From: the human T2T-CHM13v2.0 reference genome, Homo sapiens
NCBI RefSeq assembly: GCF_009914755.1
Contig: NC_060936.1
Direction: 5' to 3' (one strand)
Length of the DNA: 64,000 nt
In this document: positions 1 to 14,651 of the stretch, piece by piece
How positions within the stretch are numbered: the stretch's first letter is position 1
Layout: every line of letters begins with the position of its first letter
Notes under the pieces: generated by a model
What the model was told of the DNA's origin: nothing
Database searches by the model: none
The model's input: the letters and a program-made list of their open reading frames with translations, nothing else
Program-made: the position numbers and the translations under genes

Positions 1-242
1 TTGTTGGGCAGACTGAAGAGGCGTTTCTGGGCATTTTTTATTTGCTTGTTTGTTTGTTTGTTTGCATAGTATCTCCTCTCCTTTCTATGCACATTTGACT
101 AAGTGCCCACCCACTCCAGCATTAGAGATACTATTAATATGCAAATTTTGAGTGGTCTTCCAGACACGAGTCTTCCCAGACTTTATTTTCTTTAGGGGAC
201 TCCCCTCTCCTGCGTATGTCTGGCTACCTGTCTACTCTAACA
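1..242 (-). mobile_element. ERV1-class LTR fragment (MER50/MER83-like), 5' end at 242, continues off the window
   Basis: Minus strand starts TGTTAGAGTAGACAGGTAGCCAGACAT, resembling remembered ERV1 LTR 5' termini; octamer ATGCAAAT at 139-146. Confidence 0.5.
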
Positions 243-357
243 GGTAGGGCTAGGGCAAGCTGGCTTACCTTTTGGCAAGATCATAGTATGTGGGGAACTA
301 CTGAAGGGTAGAGGGCCATGAACTCTGAGACGTGTTATTGAGTTGATATATAAATAC

Positions 358-459
358 CTCAGCATTTTCCTTTTTCTGGATACCTTCATATGTTGCCCCT
401 TCTTCTGGCTGGGGTATACGAGGAGCTTTTCCATCAGCTATGAGTTGGACAGCTTCTAC
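358..459 (-). CDS. ALDH1L2: ALDH1L2 coding exon 5 (102 nt, [34 protein letters not shown])
   Basis: ttag|GTA...GAG|gtattt boundaries; continues the frame of exon 4; matches the known ALDH1L2 protein. Confidence 0.96.
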
Positions 460-639
460 CTAAGGCCAAAGACATCACCTGTGTTACAGCCCAATGATCA
501 ACAATGGCATGGTCTATTTGACTAAAGTTTCTGCATAACAGAATTACTACCTATAAACCTGTTCAGAGAGTCAAGAGTATGATGATAACTACCATTTCTT
601 CAGGTCCATCCTGACAAGCAGTGTGGTAGCTACTTTATG

Positions 640-1140
<501 letters not shown>

Positions 1141-1644
1141 CAAAAATGACTCCCTTGTTTAAACAAACTGCCACCTCCCTTAGTGATTCACTGGAAATGA
1201 TAGGAATATAATGATAAAATAAGTCTTTGTGAGTTATTTTACTCATCATGATGATTCTAAAAAATGATACCTTACTGTATTTAATGAATTCAACTTGCTT
1301 TCTAGTTTAGGAGACCTGGAATAAAAAAAGTTAAAATCTATCCATGAGCTTGATTGCCTTTGGGAGGTGTCCTGCATTTTCTTCTCTGTTATATTTACGT
1401 TTGCCTTGAGTCGAGAGCCTCCCATTTTCACTGCGAGGCCCACGTGAGTTCAAGTTCTCAGATTTCTCTCTAAGGACTCACAGCTGCTGACCAACCCACC
1501 CAAGAGCACACGGAGGGAGCCACAGGGGAACAGAGCCAAGTTTACAGCTCATTCCACCCACCTCCATCTAGGCTATAACTAGGTCTAGAATCTGGGCTTC
1601 AGCAAATATCACTGAACACACAAAATGCTATGTTGATTGTAATG

Positions 1645-1870
1645 ATCATTTTATGAGCACCTACCATGGGCCAGATGCTTTGCACAAATAGTGTCACTTA
1701 ATTTCCACAACCACCCTACAAGTCAGGTGGTATTATCCATGCTGTATAGATGAAGAAACCAAAGCTACAGAGGCTAAGCGACTTGCCTGTGGTCATGCAA
1801 CAAAGAAGAGGTAGAATGGAAACTTGAGCTTAGGTCTTTCTGACATCGAAGCCCTACTCTCTTAATCATT
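1645..1870 (-). mobile_element. MIR SINE
   Basis: gagcacctac...tagatgaagaaacc...aagcgacttgcc...ggtca MIR core. Confidence 0.7.
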
Positions 1871-2507
1871 GAATGATACAAGCAAAGCACTGCTTTCCTC
1901 TCTCCTAAATCAATGGCTACTACTGTATATAATCTTGCTACTTCTTTCATACTAGCTCTGAAAAAAAATTAAATGACATCAAAATTATCAGCTGGAGCTT
2001 TCACTATTTGTGTAGGCTAATATTGCAATATTTTTATTTGATGGTATACATGTTTTGGGATTTTTTTTTTTTTACCCCAGAATACCTCTGGATAAATACA
2101 GCAACACCAAATTTCACCCTGTTACAGAGGCTAATTTAAAGTACTTTTAAATTTCCATAACAAATTACGTAGCAAAATTTCTTAAGATTCAATCTACTTC
2201 TTTACAATTAATCATTATAGGCAGGGTTGAAGATTCAAGCATTTGGCAAAAGAATGGAGCAGTTTAAATGCTACTGCATCCATTGGATCACTGCTCTCAG
2301 AAAAATAAGTCAGTTTCATAGACTAAGAAATTGAAAAATTCAGATTTCCATCCTAAATATACCATCCCATTAGTTAAAAAAAATCTAATTTTGTTTTTAA
2401 ACTTTATATTTTTGGTGAAAATTCATATGGATAATTTCTTCATAAAAGAAAAAATATTTTCAAAACTTTAAAGGTTTACTAAATTCTGGGTGGCAAAATA
2501 TACTAAC

Positions 2508-2673
2508 CATGGCCTTGATTCCTTCAGGAAAAAGAAACCGATTATAAAGTGCATCCACTGTATCATTGGGTTCAACATCACATGATCTCTGAAGAAGGAT
2601 GGGTCCTGTATCCAAGCCATCATCAGCCCAGAAAACAGAAAACCCAGCTTTCTTATCTCCCATAATTAGAGTC
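2508..2673 (-). CDS. ALDH1L2: ALDH1L2 coding exon 4 (166 nt; formyltransferase/hydrolase domain with DDGLDTG catalytic Asp motif)
   Basis: cacag|G ACT CTA ATT ATG...GCC ATG|gttagt; translates [55 protein letters not shown]. Confidence 0.97.
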
Positions 2674-4213
2674 CTGTGAAAAGAAGAATTTCAATTTAAA
2701 ATGTTGGTTAACTGTATCATAAAGTGATGAATTAGTGATATTAAAGTATAAGATAGTTATAATGGAAAAGTAGACAATGAATGAAGCTACCATGAGAAAT
2801 TAACAGTAGAACTGGGAGACGTCAGGGCTCATAAAAAGCAGTGCCTAATGGTACTGCTATTTTATATAATACATCCTCATATCTTGTCTTTCTTGTTAAT
2901 GTACAGTAATGACTTGCAGTGAATTTAAAAAGGCATTAGAGTCTATCGTTACTACCACTCATTGACTCCCAGGGATCAGTTTTCTACTGCAAGATCAAGT
3001 AATTTGCCCACCTGGGTCCAATTCCTACATCGTATTTGACCCTGTATTAGGCGGAATAAGAACAGAAGATAAAATAGGATACTCTGTGAAGGACAGAATG
3101 TGAAACTAATGTGAAGGACAGAGCTGATTATTAATTCAAGCTAATACAGAGGGAGTATGATGGTAGGTCAGCCATGTAATAATGTAAATATTTTTTACTT
3201 TTGAGCTACAAATCAAGACCTAAATCAATCCATCAATCACTAACTCTTCAGAAATACTAAGAAATTGACTGGCATTGCTATCAAGATCCTTGAAAATATT
3301 CATGTGCTTTGATCCAATGATTCTGCATGTGGAAACAGTGTAAATTGAGAAAAAGTACAAGTCTAAGTGCAAATATGTCTACTAAATAATAGTGTGTTAT
3401 TTATAAGAGCCAAAAAGAAATCAATCCATGTCATCAAAGTTTAAATACAATTAATATTTTTCATCACATTTAAACCAAGTGTAGGCTTCCAGCTTATTCC
3501 AATGACTTGACACTGAGGAATATTAGGAAAATGTGCAGGTAAAGGAGAGAAGGCAGAAAGGGTAGGAAGGCCCACCTCAACCCACAGTATTGTGTCCCTA
3601 TGGTATTAGGTACCTACAATGTACCAGCCACTGTTTCTGACACTGGAAAATAGCAATACGAATGTTGTGCAAAGTCCCTTTCCTTAAGAAGCTTAGAGTT
3701 GAATGGGGAAGATGGACAGTGAAGATGATCATTTCATCATTTCAAGTAATTACTTGATGATTATTTCAAGTAATTCAGCATTTCCTGAAATGTACTTGAG
3801 ATGCTCTATGCAAAAAAAAAGTTCTGTGGTCAAATAAGTTTGGGAACATTGTGTATTCAGACTCCCTCTAGGGGATTATGATACTGACATTAAAGCCCGT
3901 ATTAATAGCTCAAATGAATCCTGCAATTAAAAATCCGGCATAAACCAAACTTACTGACCATAAAACCTTTGTTTGCTCAATACCTAGTAACAGTCAATGG
4001 AGCTAGTACTCCATAGGCTATTCTTGGTAAATGCTGTCCTGGTTCATGCTGTATGTCTAGATCTCAGGGGAGTTCATGCAACAGTAGTAACCAATCAGGA
4101 CCTCACAACTGTTCAAGCATGCCTAGTTTCTTGTCTTGATCACCTAGGTAAAAAACAGAAAGAATATAGGCAATTGAAATACACTCACCCTCTGTGTAAT
4201 TAAAAAAGTCTCA

Positions 4214-4340
4214 CTGGGTGTTCTGGCACAATCCTGAAATCTCAGCTACTTGGGAGGCTGAGGCAGAAGGATCATTTGAGCCCAGGAGTTTGAACCCAGA
4301 CTGGGCAACATAGCAAGACCCCATCTCAAAAAAAAAAAGT
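4214..4340 (+). mobile_element. Alu monomer (FLAM/FAM-like)
   Basis: Single ~120-nt Alu arm ending in poly(A), next to the ALDH1L2 exon 3 donor. Confidence 0.75.
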
Positions 4341-4358
4341 AAAAAGAAAAAATCTCAC

Positions 4359-4593
4359 CAATTGATAGCAGAGGCTCCTCTGTGCCTGGGCAGGATGGAT
4401 GGGTGATAAATGATAGAGCCGTGCTTTGGACTATCAATTATATCCATGGGAATGAACTGAGTGCAGAAAGGGAGCACATTTAGCTCTGCACCCACGGATC
4501 TGTAGGCTTCTGCCACTTCTTTGATGGTCTTGCCCTTGACCCTCCATTTAGGAAGCTTGAACACAGGGGTCCCATCTTTCTCTGCAGCCAAAG
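4359..4593 (-). CDS. ALDH1L2: ALDH1L2 coding exon 3 (235 nt; contains [10 protein letters not shown] formyltransferase motif)
   Basis: ctcag|CT TTG GCT...AAT TG|gtgaga; phase 1 in, phase 2 out, consistent with neighbouring exons. Confidence 0.97.
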
Positions 4594-5402
4594 CTGAGCA
4601 TAAAAAAGAAGATTTTTTTTTTAGAAGTTAGCCATAATTTTACATCACTATGAATTCATATGTTGTAATTTTACAGTTTCATGAAATATTTACAAATAAA
4701 ACATGGTGAAGAACAATTTAGATTGTGACTAGAATTTCACCTGTTGTAATTGGATCACACTAAGGTGATACATATCTATATACTTAAGGCATAATAAATT
4801 AGAACTGAAAAGTTTTTGGCTAGATGATATTTTAAGATTTTAATGAAAGCTTTTTCTTTTTTAGATCAAAAATGGTACCTTTATTACTGATACAACATTT
4901 TAAGAACATAGCTTTAGATTTGGAGGCATGTGCCAATACTTCACCCACCAATTTAACATACTCACCTCTGGCACAGCTAGAAAGCCATGAAACTCTTCCC
5001 TCCCTATACTGAACACATCGTAGACCAGAACACATTCTCCCTGCCAAACAGGCAGATCCCAAAAGATGAAGAGCGTAAGTGCTGAGCTGAGCTTTTCTAC
5101 TTCCTTCTCCCAAATTCACCAAACAAATAAATTAACAAAGGTGAGAGGCCAAGGAGAATACATGCTCAGCTCCTGCTAAGGGGCTTGGCCTCACTAAGCA
5201 GACCAGGGTCTCCTTCCTGAGAAGAGCGCTGTCCCCTCCCAAACAAATGGCTCCATCCTAATGCCATATGAAAATGGAATGGCCCACCAAAGTGCAAACA
5301 GCACACGCCTATTTTTTTCATAATGAAATGTCATTTTTACTGTGTGCCTTATATCTTAAGTATTTATATATATATTTAAGTACACAGTTTTATATATAAG
5401 TA

Positions 5403-5403
<1 letters not shown>

Positions 5404-5455
<52 letters not shown>
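5404..5455. repeat. (TA)26 microsatellite
   Basis: Direct read. Confidence 0.95.
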
Positions 5456-5483
<28 letters not shown>

Positions 5484-5596
5484 GAGACGGAGTCTCGCTC
5501 TTTCGCCCAGGCCGGACTGCAGTGGTGCTATCTCAGCTCACTGCAAGCCCCGCCTCCCGGGTTCACGCCATTCTCCAGCCTCAGCCTCCCGAGTAG
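5456..5596 (-). mobile_element. 5'-truncated young AluY-lineage element (right arm only)
   Basis: T28 tail then gagacggagtctcgctctttcgcccaggccggactgc...; truncated at cccgagtag; TSD AGTAG(TA)nTTT. Confidence 0.88.
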
Positions 5597-5613
5597 TATA
5601 TATTTAAAAAATC

Positions 5614-5902
5614 GGTCAGGCACAGTGGCTCACACCTGTAATCCCAGCACTTTGAGAGACCAAGGCAGGAGGACTGCTTAAACTCAGGAGTTTGAGACCA
5701 GCGTGGACAACATAATGAGACCTCCATCTCTACCAAAAAAACAAAAATTATTTTTAAATTAGCTGGATGTGGTGGCACATACCTATAATCCTAGCTACTT
5801 AGGAGGATCACTTGAGCCCAGGTGTTCCAGGTTGCAGTAAGCTATTATCGTGCCACTACGCTCCAGCCTGGGCAACGAAGTGAGACCCTTTCTCTAAAAA
5901 AA
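5614..5902 (+). mobile_element. AluJ with small right-arm deletion
   Basis: Dimeric Alu with J-type ggaggactgcttaaactc/cttgagcccagg. Confidence 0.85.
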
Positions 5903-6337
5903 TGTGTTTAAGTGTATAAAATATATATACATACTATTATTGATATATAATTGTATATATTAATAAATTATAGAAATTATGATATATATTAATATCCTAT
6001 ATGATATATACATTTTATAATATATTATTATATATTACTTGTATAATATAATAGTATATATATTTAATATATAATAGCATATATGTTAATTTTAGGCAAT
6101 TTCCAGAAGTCTTAACTAAAGCTTTCTATCTGCATTTTTGTGTCCCTTTCCTTTTTCCTAGATCTGAACAACAAAATTCATTGACTTAGGATGAGATGAT
6201 GCCTCCACCATGAAACCTAAATTCTGAAGCCTGAGGAAGTCCTGAAGGACCCCAGCCATCACGATTAGCCCCTGATCAATCCGTTTGGAAGAATCTGAGA
6301 GACCAGCACAATAGTGTTCACAAAATGTGAGTGTTCA

Positions 6338-6880
<543 letters not shown>

Positions 6881-6904
6881 TCATTGAATATTCTAACAAG
6901 AATA

Positions 6905-7130
6905 CTCAACTACTGTCAATGCTTCCTTATTATGAACCAGGCATAGTGTGAGCACTTTGTGTACATTAATCTAATTTAATCCTCATAGCAGCCACGTGAG
7001 GTAGCTACCGCTGAACTGAGGCTTAGTAAGATTAAGTAACTTGCCCAAGGTCATACAGCTAGTAAGTGGCAGAATCAGAATTCACTCCTTGATTCCAGAA
7101 CACACGCTGTTACCCACATGCTGTACCCAC
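6905..7130 (-). mobile_element. MIR SINE
   Basis: aactgaggcttag...aagtaacttgcccaaggtcatacagctagtaagtggcaga. Confidence 0.75.
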
Positions 7131-7299
7131 TTCCTCATATAGTTACTCTATAAGTGAGGTTGGTAGTTTTTCTTTTTCTGAGTTATGCCATGAGCCCAAA
7201 TGGCCATGACAAATGGAACCAGGCACTAAGGAAGAGTTCATTTCCCAGGATTCATTCTGAAAGGAGGTCTAAAAGTCATATGCTTGCAATCCTTCTGAA

Positions 7300-7600
7300 G
7301 TCCACGTATATGGCAGAGACTGCTAGTTGTCCCCCTTCATCCTTTAGCAATGGATTCCCTAGTTTAGCTGAATGCATAGCCACCCCAAATCAAATCTATA
7401 TTTCTCAGTCACTCTTGCAAATAGATTTGGCCTGTGACTAAGTTCTGGCCAATGGGATACAAGTGGGAGTAATATGGATTATGCCCTTAATAAAAAGCTT
7501 TTCCCTGATTCCCACTCTTTTCCTTCCTGCTTGCTGGAATGGCGCTGTGATAGTAGGGGCTGAGGCAGCTACCTTGGACCATGAGATGGAAGTCCAGCAT
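7300..7600. mobile_element. Old ERVL-type LTR fragment (LTR16-like)
   Basis: tgtgactaagttctggccaatggga...cttcctgcttgctggaat...cagctaccttggaccatgag resembles the LTR16 family. Confidence 0.5.
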
Positions 7601-7649
7601 TGGTAAGGACCTGAGAATTCTTGACCCAGTCATCCCAAGATGCACTCAC

Positions 7650-7794
7650 CCAGAGGGTCAGCTTTTCCATCCTTGTCTGGAACTGTGAACACCCCTACTA
7701 CTCGGTGGCCCTCTTTGCGGAGGTGGCTATAGACTTCTTGTCCAAAGAGGCTCTGGCCAATTAGTGCCAACTTCAGCTTGTTTTTGAAATAAAC
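7650..7794 (-). CDS. ALDH1L2: ALDH1L2 coding exon 2 (145 nt, [48 protein letters not shown])
   Basis: tcacag|GTT...CTG G|gtgagt; absent from the ORF track, found by manual translation; phases fit exons 1 and 3. Confidence 0.97.
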
Positions 7795-7839
7795 CTGTGA
7801 AACAATTCAATGACGAAGACATAAGCATGGATAGAAGAC

Positions 7840-8296
<457 letters not shown>

Positions 8297-9063
8297 TCAT
8301 GACTTCCTATGAGCTTCCTCTCTTGGCAGTGCCTCCGCAGAACTCTCTCTACCTTACATTCTTCCATGTTAGCATGTGGCTCCACGGGGATCTGAACTTA
8401 GGATGTTTATCCCCCTCCAATCTAAATGGGATTCGCTAATGTTCTGGCAAGTAATTCTAAATTAGTAAAGCCTCACTGAGAAACTGTGTTTTTGAAGAAA
8501 TTTAATTTTCCCTTATTTCCCACTTTATTAGAGGCATACATAACATCCTGTTTTTAGGAATGGACTTAAAAGGATACCAGATCACAACTTCCCTGTAATT
8601 GAGCAGATAATAAAACAAAGTTTTAACTAATTTAACTAATTAAAAAAACATCCTAGGGTCAGCCAAACTTTCTATCCCCAAAGAACCTAAGTAAGCTTCA
8701 ACAAATACTTGCAAACAAACAGATTAACTCTGTAACAACAGCAAATTCACCTGCAGATAATGCATGGCTGACCATTTAATTTCCTCTTCTCAAAAAAATC
8801 AAATGTCCTATATGCTATCTTCAAATCCTATAACTAATGCTGTTGCTTGAAATAGAATCTACATGTTTGCCACCTTACAAAAATTTTGGCTTTACCACTT
8901 ACCATTACCAATGCCAGATATTCAAGACATCTAAAATACTACTTTTCAAACACCCAAGAGCCAAGAGACTGAGATGACTCAAATGTAATGTGCCGCTCGG
9001 CTGTCGTCTGGTTATTTGGAGTTCAATTCCAGATTCAGTCCTCTCTGAGAAAGACAGTATTTA

Positions 9064-9520
<457 letters not shown>

Positions 9521-9554
9521 TTAGCAAGATTCCAGAAAATTGGACTGATATATT

Positions 9555-9839
9555 TTACTTTATTTATTTATTTTGAGACAGGGTTTCACTCCATGGTCAC
9601 CCAGGCTGGAGTGAAGTGGTGCAATCTCGGCTCACTGCAGCCTCCGCCTCCCGGGTTCAAGTGAATCTTGTGCTTCAACCTCCCTAGTAGCTGGGATTAC
9701 AGGCACACACCACCATGCCCAGCTAATTTTTGTATTTTTAGTAGAGACAGGGTTTCACCATGTTGGCCAGGCTGGTCTCAAACTCCTGACCTCAGGTGAT
9801 CTACCTGCCTTGGCCTCCCAAAGTGCCAGGATTACAGGC
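9555..9839 (-). mobile_element. AluS, 5' end slightly truncated
   Basis: Antisense Alu dimer. Confidence 0.88.
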
Positions 9840-9879
9840 TATTTTACTTCAGTCTTATTTCTCCAGGTGTGGTGCCTGC

Positions 9880-10037
9880 CTGTATTGGCAGAAGTAACTG
9901 GGAGAACATGTTTAAAATGTGGATTCCTGGGCCCTACTTCAGATCTACTGACTCAGAATCTTAAGCCCAGGAAGCTGCATTTTAACAAACTCTTCAGTGA
10001 CTCAGAAGTACATGGAAGTCTGAGAATCTCTGCTCTG
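9880..10037. mobile_element. MER5-family hAT-Charlie MITE
   Basis: gattcctgggccc...actgactcagaatc...ctgcattttaacaa...ctgagaatctctgc. Confidence 0.65.
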
Positions 10038-10119
10038 TGGAGAGTGGTATGTCTGCCCACAAGAACAAGATTCTGCCCTGGGGAGTTTCGGTCAGGAAGA
10101 AATGGTGGAAATAAGAGCA

Positions 10120-10790
10120 AACATTTTAATGAGACCCTAGTTTGGGCCAAGTATTTCACATTATTATCTCATTTGATTGCACAATGACTCCTGGAGACAG
10201 GCATTATTAACCCACTTTAGGGATAAAGAAATTAAAGACAGAGAGGTTAAGTAGCCAGGAGTCAAATAGCTGCTAAGAGGCAGCCCTGAGATTCCAACTC
10301 TGTTTATTATCCTAGTGCCTATTGTTTTTTCATACACCAGCTGTGCAGTCTTGAACTGGGCTTTATTTTCCATCATCAATTAAAATCAGAATAGTAATAG
10401 TACCTATCTCATAAGGTTGTTATAAGGATTCAATGGGATAAAGTGTGTAATGCATTAGCACAGTGCATGGCAATAGTAAATGCTCAGTAAATGTTACCTA
10501 TTATTATTATCATACCATAAGCAATACCTAGGTACCTACAAATAATGATAATAGATATTTCCTATTGGAAATATACCATGAGCCAAACACTATGTTGAGC
10601 CCTTTTCATTAATTCAAAAAGTATTTATCAAATGCTTATTATACATCTTTAATCCCCCCAGTGACCCATTTTGCAAATGAGAAAACAAAGGGGTCAGAAA
10701 GTTAAGTAACCTGCCCAAGGGCAGAGCTAATAAGGGTCCAGGGCAGGATTCAAACCTGGATCTGTCTTACTTTAGCAGATGTGTTTCTAA
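10120..10790. mobile_element. Cluster of MIR fragments in both orientations
   Basis: Repeated MIR core words (aagtaacctgcccaagg; aatagtacctatctcataaggttgtt; gtaaatgctcagtaaatg). Confidence 0.6.
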
Positions 10791-11027
10791 GGCTTTCCTA
10801 TGCTGAAAGTTCCCCTCCTACTTTAGAAAAAGAAAAACATAGCAACAGTTTGACAGGTCAATTGGGAATAGTTCCATCAGCCTGTTTAAGGAAATGCCAC
10901 AGTGGAAGTGACGTGGGAGACAGCACCATTCTTTAACCGGCTCTCACTATAGGTGTCTGTCGCATTAGTGAGAAAGGGCATAAAATGACACACAGTCATT
11001 TCCAAATCTGGATGATAAGTTCTATAA

Positions 11028-11380
<353 letters not shown>

Positions 11381-11981
11381 TAGAGGAGACTTTTGCAGGG
11401 AGCAGAGCCTTTGCTTTCCAAATTGTCAAATAATGCATTCCCAGGCTGTCCACCCTCTGGTGGAATTCTTCAGGAAGCAAGTTAATACAGACCCTGACTA
11501 TGCTCCAAGAATTAAAAAAAAAAAAAAAAAAAAGGTACACATAGCTTTCCAAAGAAAACTTCAAGGCACAGTGCGAAGAGTCTGCCCTGATCTGAAGCCC
11601 TTTGGCCAGATGCTAATAGAACCATCTGGGCAGGGTGTAAAGTAAGGCCAAAGCTATCCAAGTAAGAATTGGCAGTTTCACACAGAGGACCTTCACACAA
11701 AAGAATAAAACAAAGTACATTTTCCTGAGACCCTGAGGTGCCTAACACTTCATGGAGCATCCGGCACACAGTGCCCCAAACTGTGCCTGACTCTGTGCAA
11801 GACTCATCCAACAAGCATGTTTTCAGGCTTTGCCACACTCTGGGCGTAGTGCATGGTAGAGGTGGCACATTACTGGCCTGGCAGGGGTGTTTTATTTGGC
11901 CCACAAAGCATTTTTAAGAGGACTCTGTTAAGATTTTTAGGAGGTTGCACCTCAGAAGGCACAACTTCTAACTTGTCTTTA

Positions 11982-12304
<323 letters not shown>

Positions 12305-13479
12305 CTAGCGCTGAGCAGTGGTGGCCCCTTTACCCTAGACATGGTCTTGCCCTCTATGCAGCTCAAATCTCTCATTTGCTTTACCTGTTTGGCCTCTGTG
12401 GGAATTTCTCTTTGCGACCCTTACACTAAAGATAAAAAGAAGCAGTCCCTGTACTCGGGAATCCACCAACTAGTAGGGAGGGCACACAAGCTAAGACATA
12501 GTAACAGTGCTAGAATAAGAGAGCACAGTTTGGTTAAGAGACGAGAAGCCTTCTCCAGAAGGGAGTTACTTAGCTGAATCTTAGAGAATCCATCTTGGGA
12601 GTTGGCAGAGAAAAGGGAGAGGCTTGGGAAGTTCCAGGCAGAGGGTGCGGTATTTACAAAGAAACAAATGCATGTGCACAGCGTGTCCAATACTGGGAGT
12701 TAAGGAGTGGTGACAAGCGACACCGTAGCAAGAGACATTATGGAGCGCTTTGTGTCAAATAATTGGGACCTTATTGTGAAGACAATGAGATTCACTGAGC
12801 CGCTTTAAGCAGGAGAGTTAATTGAAACCAGGAGAGTCTAGTTTCTATGCTAATAGACTGCTTAGGTAACTCTGGAGGCATGAACTAGCTCCGGGTAGAC
12901 ACACCTCTTGTGTTGAGAATGGAGCAGAGCGTGAAAATCAAAGCTGACCTAGCAATCCACCTGTAGCATAGTCACAGGATATAGTCTGGAATAGTGTGAA
13001 AGCTCTTGCAACCAATTGTAACAAACTCTCATACTAACAGAAGCAACAAGTACACTTTACATAGAGGTAGATCTGCAAGATTCAGGATACCATCCTAAAT
13101 GGCAAGCTTGTGCAACTTGATGTTCCTATTGCCTCATTATATAAAGAAGATATCAGTGAGGGCTTTCTTGGATGTCTGGCCAACTTTTGTTTTTTCATCA
13201 TAAAAAGGATAAAATATTTTAAAAGGAGGGATGTCAGTACAGGGGCCTATGAGCAGGTGATGCCAGAGGGGGATGCCCAGGACTCAGAGGCTGGAGAGAG
13301 CTCCTGGGCCGAGGCTGGTGACCACAGAACACTTCAAAGACTTTGAGTAAAGGGAGAGACAGTCCAAAGGGCTCGAGTCCAGAAACGGACTCCAGTACTA
13401 GAGGGGCAGGATTTCCATGCACAGAATTTACTATAATATTTTAATTGTATAAAATTTTTAAAATTAATTTTTAATTATA

Positions 13480-14165
13480 CATATTACATATACACACAAG
13501 CTCCTTACGAAAAGATCACAGATAAGACTACAGTCCCTTTTGACCATCACTCCCAATCTGCATCCCCTTCTCACTCCCCAGAGGAAACTACTATTGTTTG
13601 GTGTGAATTCTACAGACCTTTCCTAGGCATTTAAAAACATGGAAATATATACAAAAAGTATTGTTTTGTATTTCCAAAAATAATTCAAATGAAATAATAT
13701 TATGCGTAATGTTCCACAACTTTCCTTGTTCGTACATATAATTCATTCTTTGAAATTCTTGCACAGTATTCCTTAGTGTAGCTATATCTCAGTTTATTTG
13801 TTCATGTCCCTATTGAGAAACATTTTGGCTTTCAATATGTCATTATTACAAATACCATGGCAATGAATATCATGGTACATGCTTCCTGTGCCCATGTAGA
13901 AGTATTTTTCTCAGATACCTACAAGTGAAACTGCAGGATCATTTTTAAACATAAATTTAATTTAAATATGTAGCATCAAATTGACCTCTAGAGTAGTGGA
14001 TGAACTGTTTTCTCACCCCTGCTAAACACACAATATCGTCAAATTTATGATTTTTGCCACCCTGATGAGTGAAAAATGGTATCTTGTTCTAAGTTGCATT
14101 TGCCTGATTACTAGTTTGGTTGAGTGTATTTTCATATTTTATTGCTCATTTATATTTCATTTTTG
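13480..14165 (-). mobile_element. Old L1M fragment
   Basis: Degenerate antisense L1 3' sequence (gtgaaaaatggtatctt...tgcatttgcctgattactagt). Confidence 0.55.
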
Positions 14166-14373
14166 GTATATCATTTTAGTTAGTGTATTATGTATTATTA
14201 TTCTTTTCCTAAAAACATAGATTTAATAGTCTGTCCCACTAATCTATGAACTCCTTGAAAGTGGGACTATTTCTTTCTTGTTTATTGTTTTATCTTTTGG
14301 GTTATGAGAGTCTGAAAAAGTTAGTTCACTTCTGGGTCTCAGTTTTCTTATCAGCAAAATGGTCATAATAATC

Positions 14374-14609
14374 TAGGTTGAGAATCCCTTATCCAAAATG
14401 CTTGGAACCAGAAGTGTTTCAGATTTCGGATATTTTCAGACTTTGGAATGTTTGCATTATACTTACCATTGGAGCATCCCAAATCTGAAAATCTGAAATC
14501 CAAAATGCTGTAATGATCATTACCTTTGAGTGTCATGTCAGTGCTCAAAAATGTTCAGATTTTAAAGCATTTCAGATTTCAAATGTTCAGATTTGGGATG
14601 CTTAACCTA
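14374..14609. mobile_element. Tigger4a (MER46/Zombi) MITE
   Basis: TIRs aggttgagaatccc...gggatgcttaacct; second copy at 62344-62540. Confidence 0.75.
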
Positions 14610-14651
14610 GTACCTACTTCATTGAGATATCATGAGGATTAAAGGAGTACA

